Positions 1-10,079 of a stretch of 36,379 nucleotides of DNA are shown here, piece by piece. Position 1 is the stretch's first letter; every line of letters begins with the position of its first letter. The stretch is taken from IMG/VR virus record IMGVR_UViG_2531839666_000016; one strand, given 5' to 3'. The DNA comes from a virus. Its lineage: Duplodnaviria > Heunggongvirae > Uroviricota > Caudoviricetes. Both the position numbers and the translations under genes were made by a program. The notes under the pieces were generated by a model that had not been told where the DNA came from, did no database searches, and was given only the letters and a program-made list of their open reading frames with translations.

Positions 1-268
1 AAGTTCGGCGCGGGTAAGAACGGTTTTACCCGTGGTAACCCCCAGACCGGCACACCTGCCACCGATCTGGATGATGACTACTTTGACATGTTGCAGGAGG
101 AACTTTGCAGTGTTGTGGAGGCATCCGGTGCCAGCCTAGAGAAGGGGCGGCATGACCAGCTGCTTACAGCGCTTCGTGCGCTGCTGTTAAGCCGCAAGAA
201 TCCGTTTGGCGATATCAAATCGGATGGCACGGTGAAAACGGCTCTCGAAAACCTTGGTTTGGGAGAAG
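1..268. repeat. Left arm of long inverted repeat (IR) flanking invertible tail-fibre segment; truncated by window edge
   Basis: Bases 1-268 are the exact reverse complement of 2113-2380 (checked over several blocks). Divergence begins at 269 / 2112. The repeat may extend beyond position 1. Confidence 0.85.
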
Positions 269-327
269 GTGCTCCAGCTATTGGCGTTCCGTTCTTCTGG
301 CCGTCGCCGCAATGCCAAATACTGTAA
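1..327 (+). CDS. Tail-fibre gene fragment (IR-encoded shared segment, 5' end outside window), ending in a short out-of-frame tail
   Basis: Frame 1 translation from base 1 gives [15 protein letters not shown]...NLGLGE, identical to the N-terminal part of the minus-strand fibre 1793-2416, then 20 unrelated codons and a stop at 325-327. Confidence 0.55.
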   Translation, partial: KFGAGKNGFTRGNPQTGTPATDLDDDYFDMLQEELCSVVEASGASLEKGRHDQLLTALRALLLSRKNPFGDIKSDGTVKTALENLGLGEGAPAIGVPFFWPSPQCQIL

Positions 328-785
328 TCGACAGTTGGTCCAGTATGGTGTTTTTGAAGTTCAACGGCGCGAAATTCTCTGCCACTGATTACCCTGTGCT
401 GGCGAAAGTGTTTCCGGCGCTAGCATTACCTGACGCACGGGGTGATTTCATTCGTATCTGGGATGATGGGCGCGGGATTGATGTCGGACGTACCCTACTT
501 TCAGGGCAATCACACACAATTATGGATCATGCACACAATATGGAATTGTGGACGGGGGACGGGCTTGCCGCAGGAAGTGCACGGGAAGGAGTAAACCCAG
601 GAATACTGGCTACATACGGTGACGGGGGAATAGTTAAAACGGACGAACCCGGTCTTAAGGTGCCTTCCTCACTACGAGCTCTTAGCTCTCGTAGTGTTAA
701 ACGTTATGGTGAAATTAGTGGAAATGTAGATACAGAAACCCGTCCACGAAATATTGCATTTAACTTTCTGGTGAGGGCTAAATAA
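312..785 (+). CDS. Alternative tail-fibre C-terminal (receptor-binding) domain, stfE-like
   Basis: 157 aa ending ...[16 protein letters not shown], typical of phage side-tail-fibre C-termini; immediately followed by a tail-fibre assembly gene. It is in a different frame from the IR-encoded shared segment. Confidence 0.65.
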   Translation: MPNTVIDSWSSMVFLKFNGAKFSATDYPVLAKVFPALALPDARGDFIRIWDDGRGIDVGRTLLSGQSHTIMDHAHNMELWTGDGLAAGSAREGVNPGILATYGDGGIVKTDEPGLKVPSSLRALSSRSVKRYGEISGNVDTETRPRNIAFNFLVRAK

Positions 786-1378
786 TGATACCTGTTTTTG
801 ATGAAAATGGGCTGGCTACAGTGCCGGGCGATATGCGTTGTTTTTATTATAATGCAGTAACGTATGAATATACCGGCTGGTCTGATGAATATATTAATAC
901 TGGCGTAAGTATACCCGCCTGTTCCACTGGTATTGACCCGGGCGAAAACATCCCGGGAAAAGTGGCAGTATTTACGGGTAAGGGATGGAGCCATGAAGAA
1001 GACCATCGCAATGAGACCGTTTACTCAACTGAAAATGGCGCAGCTGTTACAGTGGATTATATCGGTGCCATCAAAGACGGTTATGTCACGCTTTCACCGT
1101 TAACGCCATACGATAAATGGGATGGTGAGAAATGGGTGACGGATACCGAGGCACAGCATAGCGCCGCAGTAGAAGCGGCAGAAGCACAGCGCCAGTCGCT
1201 GATTGATGCTGCAATGGCTTCCATCAGTCTGATTCAACTGAAATTACAGGCTGGGCGGAAGCTGACGCAGCCAGAAAACACCCGACTTAACGCTGTGCTG
1301 GATTACATTGACGCGGTGACGGCAACAGATACCAGCACAGCGCCGGACGTCATCTGGCCTGAACTGCCGGAGGCGTAG
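785..1378 (+). CDS. Tail-fibre assembly protein (Tfa/U-like chaperone)
   Basis: 197 aa; C-terminal ...LNAVLDYIDAVTATDTSTAPDVIWPELP motif typical of Tfa chaperones; ATGA start overlap with preceding fibre domain. Confidence 0.8.
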   Translation: MIPVFDENGLATVPGDMRCFYYNAVTYEYTGWSDEYINTGVSIPACSTGIDPGENIPGKVAVFTGKGWSHEEDHRNETVYSTENGAAVTVDYIGAIKDGYVTLSPLTPYDKWDGEKWVTDTEAQHSAAVEAAEAQRQSLIDAAMASISLIQLKLQAGRKLTQPENTRLNAVLDYIDAVTATDTSTAPDVIWPELPEA

Positions 1379-1793
1379 ACCATTCAATATCTGGCGCACC
1401 GGAAGTATCGACCAGTTCCAGTGCGTCCAGATAATCCAGCCACAAATTATATTGCGCCAGTTCCTCACCTTTCAGACGACCAATTGATGCTTTACCTGGC
1501 CATTGTTTACTGTTTATGTATTCGTTGGCCTGGTTAATCAATTGCTGCTTTTTAGTTTCGGCTGATGCAATTTGTTCTTCACGTGTTGGTGGAGGAATAT
1601 CTGCCCATGCAGGCAGTCCATCCTCTCCGACACATCTGTATTTTCCTTCTGGTGGTGTATCATAGAAATATTCCCTGAAAATTACTTCGTCTATATCAAC
1701 ACCTTTTTCTTCAGGCCATTCACCTTTTTCAACATAAAGAGACTGAAGTTCGTAAGGATATGCCAGGTTGTTTACGTACAGATATTTCATCAT
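1350..1793 (-). CDS. Tail-fibre assembly protein (Tfa/U-like chaperone), partner of minus-strand fibre
   Basis: 147 aa; C-terminal NLWLDYLDALELVDTSGAPDIEW motif; 3' ends of the two tfa genes overlap convergently (1350-1378) as in Mu G-type segments. Confidence 0.8.
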   Translation of the reverse strand: MMKYLYVNNLAYPYELQSLYVEKGEWPEEKGVDIDEVIFREYFYDTPPEGKYRCVGEDGLPAWADIPPPTREEQIASAETKKQQLINQANEYINSKQWPGKASIGRLKGEELAQYNLWLDYLDALELVDTSGAPDIEWSTPPAVQAR

Positions 1794-2416
1794 TACCAGC
1801 CCTTAGCGAAAAACGCACCACCTTCAAGACCATAATTGCAGTGAGCTATGAAGCCGGTAGTGCTCCAGTTGGTCGCCCCCCACATATTCCCGCCCCCGAA
1901 ACCACCATCGCACACAATTACAATGCCCGGTGTCTGTGTAAATGGAATCGGGAATGAAACATTGGCGGATACAGGCCCGTGTTCACCAGGAAAACTAATT
2001 CGTCCCCACTGTTCAATTGAACCATCTGGCATTTTTCGCCAGCCTGAACCTGATGCATATGATGACATATCAGGTATCTGATTTTCCCCTGTTCCCACAT
2101 TTCGTTTTGCCGCTTCTCCCAAACCAAGGTTTTCGAGAGCCGTTTTCACCGTGCCATCCGATTTGATATCGCCAAACGGATTCTTGCGGCTTAACAGCAG
2201 CGCACGAAGCGCTGTAAGCAGCTGGTCATGCCGCCCCTTCTCTAGGCTGGCACCGGATGCCTCCACAACACTGCAAAGTTCCTCCTGCAACATGTCAAAG
2301 TAGTCATCATCCAGATCGGTGGCAGGTGTGCCGGTCTGGGGGTTACCACGGGTAAAACCGTTCTTACCCGCGCCGAACTTATCCTTCTGCGCGGTTTTCG
2401 TGTCTATACGATGCAT
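1793..2416 (-). CDS. Tail-fibre protein (short side tail fibre, stfP-like), currently in the expressed orientation
   Basis: 207 aa continuous ORF following the gp48-like gene; N-terminal 100 aa encoded by the IR, C-terminal 105 aa unique Gly-rich domain. Confidence 0.8.
   Translation of the reverse strand: MHRIDTKTAQKDKFGAGKNGFTRGNPQTGTPATDLDDDYFDMLQEELCSVVEASGASLEKGRHDQLLTALRALLLSRKNPFGDIKSDGTVKTALENLGLGEAAKRNVGTGENQIPDMSSYASGSGWRKMPDGSIEQWGRISFPGEHGPVSANVSFPIPFTQTPGIVIVCDGGFGGGNMWGATNWSTTGFIAHCNYGLEGGAFFAKGW
2113..2380. repeat. Right arm of long inverted repeat flanking invertible tail-fibre segment
   Basis: Reverse complement of 1-268; encodes residues 13-102 of the minus-strand tail fibre (KFGAGKNG...NLGLGE). 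Confidence 0.85.
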
Positions 2417-2419
2417 GGA

Positions 2420-3004
2420 TTACTCCGGATATTTAAAAATTACGTAGGTATGCGACGGGCAGAGTTTGTTAAGCACACATTCGACAACGGTGTCGCCCCA
2501 GATACGCAGCGCGGAATCACAGGGATCGCCACATGTCATCCAGGTGGTGTTTGTGGCGGCTGGCATGTTGACCTGCCAGTAATACCGCCATTCCGGCGCA
2601 TTCACCGCGTCAGTACAGACCGATGAGCAGGTGAACGTGCTTTTGTCGTATCGCGTGATGTTGGCATCTGGTCTGCCCAGGGCAGCAAGCTGTGCAAGAT
2701 AAAAATTCTCGTTGATGCTGCCCGCCAGGTTAACCTTCGCATCCAGCCGTTGCTGACGCTGACGAAGGGTCTGTGTCCCTGCGGGAATACATTCATCCGG
2801 CAGACCGCACAGACGCTCCCAGCGGTTTATCAGTTCAGTGGTGGTGCGCGGATCCAGCTCCCGCATCAGGGCATCCGCACGCTGATGAACACGGGTTAAT
2901 GACGGTGCCGCACCGGCAATCGCCGGATCGCTGGCTGACCACGCCGGACCGGGCGGCAACAGTGCCGATAACAGGCGGATGTAATCATCGTTTGTCACGT
3001 CCAT
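2420..3004 (-). CDS. Mu gp48-like tail/baseplate protein (DUF2313, YmfQ-like)
   Basis: 194 aa; position between baseplate J-like gene and tail fibre; resembles e14 YmfQ / Mu gp48 family from memory. Confidence 0.6.
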   Translation of the reverse strand: MDVTNDDYIRLLSALLPPGPAWSASDPAIAGAAPSLTRVHQRADALMRELDPRTTTELINRWERLCGLPDECIPAGTQTLRQRQQRLDAKVNLAGSINENFYLAQLAALGRPDANITRYDKSTFTCSSVCTDAVNAPEWRYYWQVNMPAATNTTWMTCGDPCDSALRIWGDTVVECVLNKLCPSHTYVIFKYPE

Positions 3005-4053
3005 GAAATCGTCCCCAGTACCGCCAGTTCGTTTTTCGCAATGGAGATATTGTCCACCGGTGCAAGCAACTGATGGCTGTATTCCCCGTTCGCACCGGAA
3101 ATCGCCTCACTGATACGCGATACCTTCAGTTCTCCCTGCGGATAACCATCACGCAGCAGGAACGAACGCAACTCCGCGGTAATGGCAGCCCGTATTTCTG
3201 GTGTGTCCGGCGTCACGCGGATATGAAAATCCACCGTATGTGCCACCGGCCTGAATACATACAAATCAGAGCCTGCCTCCGGGGCCAGTGGCCCGATATG
3301 TTGTCTTGCTGCCGTTTCCGTTGATTCTTCCGGAATGGGATTAATCAGGTCACTGCTGGCAATCATCACACCGACAGTTCCCGTTCCCATCCAGTGACGG
3401 TATGTCCATGCGCGGGTAATGCCGGGCACTTCTTTAGCCCAAACGACATAGTCCCCGTCAGCCCCGCCCTGCGGCGTCCAGTAATACCGCTCAATGACGC
3501 GGGCGCGCCACGTTTCCAGCTCTTCAGTATCAAATCCGCCTGTAATGGTGTCAGCCACACCGGAAGACGGCAGACCATTCACCGGCGTGACCAGGATTAA
3601 TGCCGTACCGTCGTCAGCGTTACCGACCGCACCTGCACTTGAGCAGGCGATCGGCACGCGCAGGACACCACCGGAGCTGGTTGCATCGTCAGTTGTCGTG
3701 TACTGAACCAGGTCATCGCGCTGAATAACACTCCCGGCGGTCACCTTCAGGCCATCGCTGACACCTTCCCAGCGCATATACCCGCTGGCAGACGTGGCCC
3801 CCTTGCGCGGACACCGTTTCATCGCAGCATGTCGCGCCAGCCAGGACTCATCGCACAGGTCAGGCAGCATGTTCATTGCCAGATAATCGATGTAACCGTA
3901 AACCGTATGCAGCGCCGCCGCATACACCTTTGCCCGCACGTCTTCATCCATGCGCCGGAGCGTGTCGCTGACGTCCAGCCTGGCGAATAAATCGTTACGG
4001 AGCATACTGATATTTTCTGCCAGCGTCGGGCGTTGAAATTCACTGTCCGCCAT
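2995..4053 (-). CDS. Baseplate J-like protein (Mu gp47 family)
   Basis: 352 aa; gene order within Mu-like baseplate cluster; overlapping start/stop with neighbours. Confidence 0.7.
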   Translation of the reverse strand: MADSEFQRPTLAENISMLRNDLFARLDVSDTLRRMDEDVRAKVYAAALHTVYGYIDYLAMNMLPDLCDESWLARHAAMKRCPRKGATSASGYMRWEGVSDGLKVTAGSVIQRDDLVQYTTTDDATSSGGVLRVPIACSSAGAVGNADDGTALILVTPVNGLPSSGVADTITGGFDTEELETWRARVIERYYWTPQGGADGDYVVWAKEVPGITRAWTYRHWMGTGTVGVMIASSDLINPIPEESTETAARQHIGPLAPEAGSDLYVFRPVAHTVDFHIRVTPDTPEIRAAITAELRSFLLRDGYPQGELKVSRISEAISGANGEYSHQLLAPVDNISIAKNELAVLGTISWT

Positions 4054-4468
4054 GCGTTATCGCACTCCACAGATCATCAAAAGAAATCATTACCGGTCCG
4101 TCACGACGCCAGAGGGTGATACTGTTACCCAGCTCATTAATCCCGGTGCGGCGGATATCCAGATCAATACGGGACACCACGCCGTCATCAATCATCCATT
4201 GCAGGCATTCGCGGATATATCCCCTTACCGTCTGCACCAGCTGATTGGTCAGTTTGCTGCGCTGAAGCAGCCACAGTCGGGAGCCGTAACGGTCATTCTG
4301 TACCGCAGGCCAAGTATCCCCCCACCATCCCATCGGGACGTCGGCATTGTCATCAGGTTCAGCCCGCCGCCAGGTGAACAGGGAAATCACCACGGCACGG
4401 GTCAGCGGATCCAGCGGTGCGCTGGCGCAGGTGCGTTTACCGTTCACCGTCAGCCACAGTTCCATCAT
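4040..4468 (-). CDS. Baseplate protein (Mu gp46-like)
   Basis: 142 aa ORF in conserved position between spike and J-like genes. Confidence 0.55.
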   Translation of the reverse strand: MMELWLTVNGKRTCASAPLDPLTRAVVISLFTWRRAEPDDNADVPMGWWGDTWPAVQNDRYGSRLWLLQRSKLTNQLVQTVRGYIRECLQWMIDDGVVSRIDLDIRRTGINELGNSITLWRRDGPVMISFDDLWSAITHGGQ

Positions 4469-5013
4469 GCCTCCATCGCTTTATCAGGTTTGTCGGTGTT
4501 ACTGCCCTGACCGTTCTCTCTGTGACGATGCCCGTTATAGGCAAGCCGCATCGCTGACATGGTGGTGCCGGTGGAGTCGCACAGGTCTTTCACCTGTCCG
4601 GTCACTTCCAGGTCCATTTCAAAACGAGCCTTAGGCGCATTGCGAAACGTGATTGTTTTACCTGCACCGTCCACCACGATCCCCTCCCGGGTCAGCGTCA
4701 CGGACTGCCCCTGATCGTCATAGACAGCCACCTCCCCCGTATGCAGCCCTTTCAGGCGGTAGCGCCGGTCCGACACCGTAACAACCACCGCATGAGAACG
4801 GTCGCCATCCGGAAACAACACCACCGCTTCCGCACCGCTGTTTGCCCTTGCGGTAAAACCGTAGGGTTCAAGATGTTCAACCCCGGCTTTGGGTTCACCG
4901 GCAATCAGGGACACATCCACGGTCTGACATTTCGTGGCGGCACTGATGCTTTTCACCACTGCCCGCCCAATCAGGCCGAGAAGTTGTCGCTGCATGGCTT
5001 CAATCGTCCTCAT
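4465..5013 (-). CDS. Baseplate assembly protein V / spike (Mu gp45-like)
   Basis: 182 aa; position and size fit the gp45/V spike family. Confidence 0.6.
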   Translation of the reverse strand: MRTIEAMQRQLLGLIGRAVVKSISAATKCQTVDVSLIAGEPKAGVEHLEPYGFTARANSGAEAVVLFPDGDRSHAVVVTVSDRRYRLKGLHTGEVAVYDDQGQSVTLTREGIVVDGAGKTITFRNAPKARFEMDLEVTGQVKDLCDSTGTTMSAMRLAYNGHRHRENGQGSNTDKPDKAMEA

Positions 5014-6092
5014 CAGAACGGGTCCTCCTGTACTCTGGCTTTTTTCTTTTTCCGCGCGCCGGGGTCTTCAGGTTCAGGCAGATAAGCATCAGGCGGGCCG
5101 ACACGGATTTCCGTCAGGGTGCCGTTCTGGTCCTGAGTAAACGTGACTTCCGAAACAAGCAGTTCGGTATTGTCAAAACCACAGACCGGATCAAAGACAA
5201 TCACCCGCTGGTTGGGTTGCCACAGCGTACCGTTACCCTGTCGCCAGCCCTGCACCACATAGGTGGTTTCATCCGTCCGCGCCGCCCGTTGCCGGGCTTC
5301 AAAGTCAGCACGCGCAATACAGCCTGCCCCCGTAGCCTGCCCTGTCTGCCTGATATACATCGGACGGTAACGGGCAATAAATGCGTCCTCTGTGCGGGCC
5401 CGCAGCGCGGTGGTGGTGGCCTCACCGAAATCATCGTCGTTTCCGGCACGCTGCCCCGCCACCTGGTAAACAGAAAACCGCTCCCGGATACTCTTCTCCG
5501 TATCGCAGGAAAGGATGTTTTCCCCAAGTACCAGCGCGGTATGTGCCCGCGTTGAGCCAATACCGCCAATCACCAGCCTGCCGTGCGGATCGTCGTAAGC
5601 CAGTGCCTGCTGCTGACCGAGTATTTTGTTGATTACCTCAATCACCGTTTCACCGTGATCAGGCTGGACATCAGGAATAACACCCGACGGCGCACCGCTG
5701 TTCACCACCTCAATGCCGAAAGGCGCAGCAAGCGCCTGCGCAATCTGTACCAGCGATCGTCCGTTAAACTGTGTCGGTTCGGCTGCACAGTCAATCAGGT
5801 CAGCGGTCAGACTGCGTCCGGCAATACCGGTGCTGACCGAACGGGCATCGTAACGAACGGGAGTCGCCTCCACCCAGCCGGTGATCACCCGCTCATCACC
5901 AATCAGCACTTCCACTTTTGAACCGTTTTTAATGCGCGGCTGAAGCGTGGTGATACCCTCATCTCCCGGCCACTGGCGGGTGATCTCCACACTGAAATCC
6001 CGCGCCAGCCGTTCAATACCGGCACCGATGCGCACCGATGTCCAGCCATTCCACTCCCGGCCATTTACCCGTAGCGTGACGTTATCGTTCAT
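5013..6092 (-). CDS. Baseplate hub / tail protein (Mu gp44, late-control-D-like)
   Basis: 359 aa; follows DNA-circulation gene, precedes spike; C-terminal lysine-rich tail. Confidence 0.6.
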   Translation of the reverse strand: MNDNVTLRVNGREWNGWTSVRIGAGIERLARDFSVEITRQWPGDEGITTLQPRIKNGSKVEVLIGDERVITGWVEATPVRYDARSVSTGIAGRSLTADLIDCAAEPTQFNGRSLVQIAQALAAPFGIEVVNSGAPSGVIPDVQPDHGETVIEVINKILGQQQALAYDDPHGRLVIGGIGSTRAHTALVLGENILSCDTEKSIRERFSVYQVAGQRAGNDDDFGEATTTALRARTEDAFIARYRPMYIRQTGQATGAGCIARADFEARQRAARTDETTYVVQGWRQGNGTLWQPNQRVIVFDPVCGFDNTELLVSEVTFTQDQNGTLTEIRVGPPDAYLPEPEDPGARKKKKARVQEDPF

Positions 6093-7459
6093 TGCACTGG
6101 CACCTTCAGAGGGATCACCGGCACAAAGCCGGGATGCGTAATGGCATTACGCCGGATAATGTCCGCGTCACGCGTCGCGTTATCAAACCAGGTCGCCGCC
6201 AGCACCAGCGCGGGTAAAACCTCATCCGGTGTGCGCTGAATGATCCGTGCAGACTGTTCAAGGCGCGTGTTGATATCCGCATTCAGATCTGCTTTCACCC
6301 GGCGCAGCGCCAGAAACAGCGCATCACTGGTTGTACGGGACAACTCCTTATCAATTGCCGTATTCAGTGTGTCGCGAATGTCAGTCAGTTCTTCCCACGT
6401 CGGCAGATCAACCGTGTTTTTCATCGCCGGTGCATTGTTCAGTGCCGGATGCGTGACGGAAGGCCAGCCGGTGCTCTGTGCAGCTGTTGTTGCCTGCCCC
6501 ACTGCGGCATTCTGCATCACCGCGGAAGTTGTTGGCGCAGGCAATCGGGTGACGGCATACGCCGCTTCGCTGATTGCGGTCGTACGAAGGGTGCTGGCAA
6601 CCACGTTACGCTGCTGCGTCGCCGTAGCGGTGGTTTTACTGTCCGTTTTCCAGACGCCGCGCGGTTGCAGATCACTGCCGAGGCTGACACCGGAAAGCGT
6701 TTTGATCATGGTGACCAGATCGCTGGCGTTACCATAAAGGCGTTTCCCGGTACGCCACATTTTCTGCACCTGCTCAACGAAATTTTTGCCTGACGATGGC
6801 GGCGGCAGAAGTACCGAGATATCCCCCTGCAACAGCCTGGCGGCATCCGATACGGCAGAATCCACCACTTTCATCGCATCAGAAACATACCCCAGCATTA
6901 TGCTGGCATTACCAATAACGTCGTTCTGCACGAAATCCGCCACGCCATCGATACTGAAACCGCTGAAGCTGTCACTGATGCAGTCATCCAGTGCAGAACA
7001 GGATGACATCAGCGTCTGCGCCGTCGCCGCACCTGAAGTGGGGTAAGAGAGTTCTCCCGCTTCGACAAACTTCAGGTCAAAGCGGACAATACGCCCTTCA
7101 CTCTTCGATGTGCTGACCCGAACCTCTCCGTCAACACAGACTTTCAGCTCACCGTAAGTCGGATGGACAAGCGTGCCGGGACCGGGTTTATTCAGCGCGT
7201 CAATCAGGCGATCGCGCTGGTCAAAGCAGTCATCTCCCACCACATAAGCCGTGATGGACGGGCGGAAAGTGATTTTCCCCAGGTCTTCGGTATAGGGTTT
7301 GTCGCGGTTCGGGTATTCGTGCGTTTCCACACGACGACCGGTTCCCGTACTTTCTTCTTCAACCTTAAACGGCACACCGCGAAATGACGCGTCCTGAAGT
7401 CTGTCTTTCCACGTCATATAAACTCCGTACATAAAAAATCCCACCGGAGTGGGACTCAT
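6089..7459 (-). CDS. DNA circulation protein-like tail protein (Mu gp43 family); true start probably internal (about 7417)
   Basis: 456 aa ORF directly downstream of tape measure. The first 14 codons overlap a terminator-like hairpin; an internal ATG at about 7417 has a GGAG RBS. Confidence 0.6.
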   Translation of the reverse strand: MSPTPVGFFMYGVYMTWKDRLQDASFRGVPFKVEEESTGTGRRVETHEYPNRDKPYTEDLGKITFRPSITAYVVGDDCFDQRDRLIDALNKPGPGTLVHPTYGELKVCVDGEVRVSTSKSEGRIVRFDLKFVEAGELSYPTSGAATAQTLMSSCSALDDCISDSFSGFSIDGVADFVQNDVIGNASIMLGYVSDAMKVVDSAVSDAARLLQGDISVLLPPPSSGKNFVEQVQKMWRTGKRLYGNASDLVTMIKTLSGVSLGSDLQPRGVWKTDSKTTATATQQRNVVASTLRTTAISEAAYAVTRLPAPTTSAVMQNAAVGQATTAAQSTGWPSVTHPALNNAPAMKNTVDLPTWEELTDIRDTLNTAIDKELSRTTSDALFLALRRVKADLNADINTRLEQSARIIQRTPDEVLPALVLAATWFDNATRDADIIRRNAITHPGFVPVIPLKVPVQ

Positions 7460-7460
7460 T
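7439..7460 (-). terminator. Candidate intrinsic terminator/attenuator between tape-measure and DNA-circulation genes
   Basis: On minus strand: stem TCCCAC / GTGGGA with 4-nt loop followed by TTTTTT. Confidence 0.35.
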
Positions 7461-7477
7461 AACAGATTAATTTTTCA

Positions 7478-9313
7478 TTACCTGCCAAAGCGCGTATAGC
7501 CAACATCATGGCTGACATCAAAACCGCTGGATCGCGTTTCCATAACCCGCATACCCGGAGGCGAATTCACAAAAGAGACCTTGATCTCACCATCAACTTT
7601 TGGCGCAGAAGCTTTGTTAATCATGAAGGGATTCGAGCCTGTGGCATCGGAGGCGTTGTTTGCCTGAGCCGGATCCACCGCCGGATAAGGAGTGTATCCC
7701 CGTGCCGGTATTCCCGTCCCATAAGCATCATAAGCACCCGCGCCCCACTGCGCCGAGTTAATGGCATCGACCGTGTCACCGGAACTGTCGGTAAACCATT
7801 CAATAATCGGCTTCAGCTTATCCCACATATGCTGAAACCACTTAACAACCGGTCCCCAGTTATTGATCACCATCCCCAGCGGCGACCAGGCAAAAACCTT
7901 CTTCAGAAGTTCCCAGCCAGCCTCAAAATAAGGACTAATGGTTTCCCAGAGTTTCTTAAAATAAGGTCCGACAACATCCCAGTTAGTGATAATTAATCCC
8001 GCAGCCAGGGCAATCGCCGTCGCAATCATGCCAATCGGCGTCATCGACATGATCCTGCTGACGATACTGATGGCACTGCCCACGCCCATCAATCCCAGTT
8101 TCAGAATCGCAAGACCGGCAGCAAGCCCGACGACGCCGCGAATAACCCGGGGATTTTCATCCGCAAACTTCGTGAATTTTTCCCCCAACTCCCCCAGCCA
8201 TTGCGTGATATTTTTAGCGTCACCAGAAAATGCGCCGCCAATAGCTGCAAGACCGTTAGTTGCGGTCCCCGTCATTGCCTCCCACAGGTTGGACAGCGTA
8301 CCAAGCTGTGCCTGAACACGTTTATTCAGGCTGGCCTGTTTATTCATCTTCTGCTGGATCTGATCGTAACCATCCTTTCCTTTATCGATCAGAGCATTGA
8401 CCACCTGAAGGGTTTCGGCATCATCACCAAATATTGCCTTAAGTACACCTGTTCGCTTAACGTCGGTCAGTTTTCGCAGCTTTGCCAGTTGCCTGAACAT
8501 GTTATCAAGACCGCCAAAACTCCCTTTGCCGTCAGTAAAATCGAGCTGCACTCCGAGTTTCTGGCGGGCCATGACTTTATTGACGTCCCTGATTTTCTTA
8601 ACGCTTAATCCGGACTGGATAACTTTTCGCAGGGCATTACCTGCCGACTCCCCGTTCATCCCCATCTGATCCATCATGACGCTGATAGGGGCAAGGCTCT
8701 GTGCAGCCTGAAGACCGTCCTTGTTCACCATCTTCAGAACAGAACTGGTTTTAGTGAAGAAGGACAACATGTTGGTATCGTCAACGCCCAGATAAAACGC
8801 CTTCTGGATAGTGTCGAACAGCCCCATCATGTCTTCTGACGCCGTTCCGGTAGCATCCTGCATCTTTGCAGCAAACTCAGCAGCCGCTTCCGGTGTTTTT
8901 TTCAGTTGTACCGCAAGATAAGCTGTCGCTTTACCCACACCACCAAGAATGTTTTCTGCCGGGATCCCCTGACGCACCAGCATCTGCATCATGTTCTGGA
9001 AATCAGCCGTTGTACCGGGTAGCTGGTTACCCAGGCCAATAGCCAGTTTATTGATGTCCTGAAAGCTCTTTCCGACCTCGCCGTTCGCATCCATCATGGC
9101 GACTTTCAGCCCGGTGGCGGCGTTTTCCTGATCGGCATAAGATTTCAGGGAAAGCGTCAGACCCGCTGCCAGTCCGCCACCAAGCGCCAGCCCACCCTGT
9201 GATGCTTCTTCCGCCTGGCGTTTAAATCCCCGGATTTTCTTTTGCATTTTCGACAGCGCGGGAGAAAGTCTGTCGACACCGGTGATCAACGCCTTAAGCT
9301 CAAATTCAGCCAT
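7478..9313 (-). CDS. Tail tape measure protein
   Basis: 611 aa; Ala/Gly-rich with hydrophobic segments; located after frameshifted chaperone and before baseplate genes. Confidence 0.8.
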   Translation of the reverse strand: MAEFELKALITGVDRLSPALSKMQKKIRGFKRQAEEASQGGLALGGGLAAGLTLSLKSYADQENAATGLKVAMMDANGEVGKSFQDINKLAIGLGNQLPGTTADFQNMMQMLVRQGIPAENILGGVGKATAYLAVQLKKTPEAAAEFAAKMQDATGTASEDMMGLFDTIQKAFYLGVDDTNMLSFFTKTSSVLKMVNKDGLQAAQSLAPISVMMDQMGMNGESAGNALRKVIQSGLSVKKIRDVNKVMARQKLGVQLDFTDGKGSFGGLDNMFRQLAKLRKLTDVKRTGVLKAIFGDDAETLQVVNALIDKGKDGYDQIQQKMNKQASLNKRVQAQLGTLSNLWEAMTGTATNGLAAIGGAFSGDAKNITQWLGELGEKFTKFADENPRVIRGVVGLAAGLAILKLGLMGVGSAISIVSRIMSMTPIGMIATAIALAAGLIITNWDVVGPYFKKLWETISPYFEAGWELLKKVFAWSPLGMVINNWGPVVKWFQHMWDKLKPIIEWFTDSSGDTVDAINSAQWGAGAYDAYGTGIPARGYTPYPAVDPAQANNASDATGSNPFMINKASAPKVDGEIKVSFVNSPPGMRVMETRSSGFDVSHDVGYTRFGR

Positions 9314-9723
9314 GTGTGCGTTTCTCCTGCTCTATCCTGTTTGCCTGACTGACCAGCAAGGGAATTTCACTGATCGGCATATTCAGCAATTCGAAGGGAT
9401 TAATGCGCCAGTAGCTGGCGCAGTCAAAGAAGCGATCAGTGAGGTATTCAGCCGTCAGGCCTGGAGGAAAAACCAGCCACAAGCCACGCCGCAGCATTCA
9501 GGTCTGCCGGAGACATCTGGTCGACAGAGTTTTGCGGCACTTTCGCCAGCCGCACAATGTATTTCGATACCACATGCGCCAGAAGTCTGACGGACTCATC
9601 CTGATTCATCTGGTAGGGATACCCCAGCTCGCGGACATCTTTCCCGGTGGGCTCATCAAACTCCAGTACGGAGAGTGTCTCGCCATGAGCAGTAATCGGT
9701 TTCTTTAACTCAAGCTCTTTCAT
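9306..9723 (-). CDS. Tail assembly chaperone with overlapping frameshift extension (two frames: 9448-9723 and 9306-9497)
   Basis: 91-aa ORF and a 63-aa ORF in another frame overlap by 50 nt around a GGTTTTTCC run, immediately upstream of the tape measure: the conserved chaperone frameshift arrangement. Confidence 0.55.
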
Positions 9724-10079
9724 TACTGGTAATCCCCTTCTTCACCGTGGAACTCAAGATCAACCGTCCCTTCTTCGGCATTATGGTTCGCTTCGCCGTG
9801 CAGCCAGGCAGACGACAGTACATAGACCTGACCGTTCGCCAGCTCGGCAGTGATGGTCATCTCATCAGACGAGGTGATTTTGCTCACCGGAAAATTCTTC
9901 GGCACCTTGAAGGTCCCTTTAACATAAGGCGCACGGTGAGTTTCCTTGCGGTCCACTGAACCGTCCAGGCCGATGATGTCATCATTGACCGTCCTGTTCA
10001 TGGGCACCTCAATGCCGCCGGTCAGCGATAGCTGCTGACCGTCAATTTTGAAATAACAGGTTCCCCCGATACGGGCCAT
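9723..10079 (-). CDS. Tail tube protein
   Basis: 118 aa directly downstream of sheath gene; size and position match Mu-like tube proteins. Confidence 0.7.
   Translation of the reverse strand: MARIGGTCYFKIDGQQLSLTGGIEVPMNRTVNDDIIGLDGSVDRKETHRAPYVKGTFKVPKNFPVSKITSSDEMTITAELANGQVYVLSSAWLHGEANHNAEEGTVDLEFHGEEGDYQ

Noticed and set aside
6240-6793. Long plus-strand ORFs (165 and 114 aa) antisense to the DNA-circulation gene
   Set aside because: They lie inside a GC-rich structural gene on the opposite strand; GC-rich sequence commonly yields long spurious antisense ORFs.
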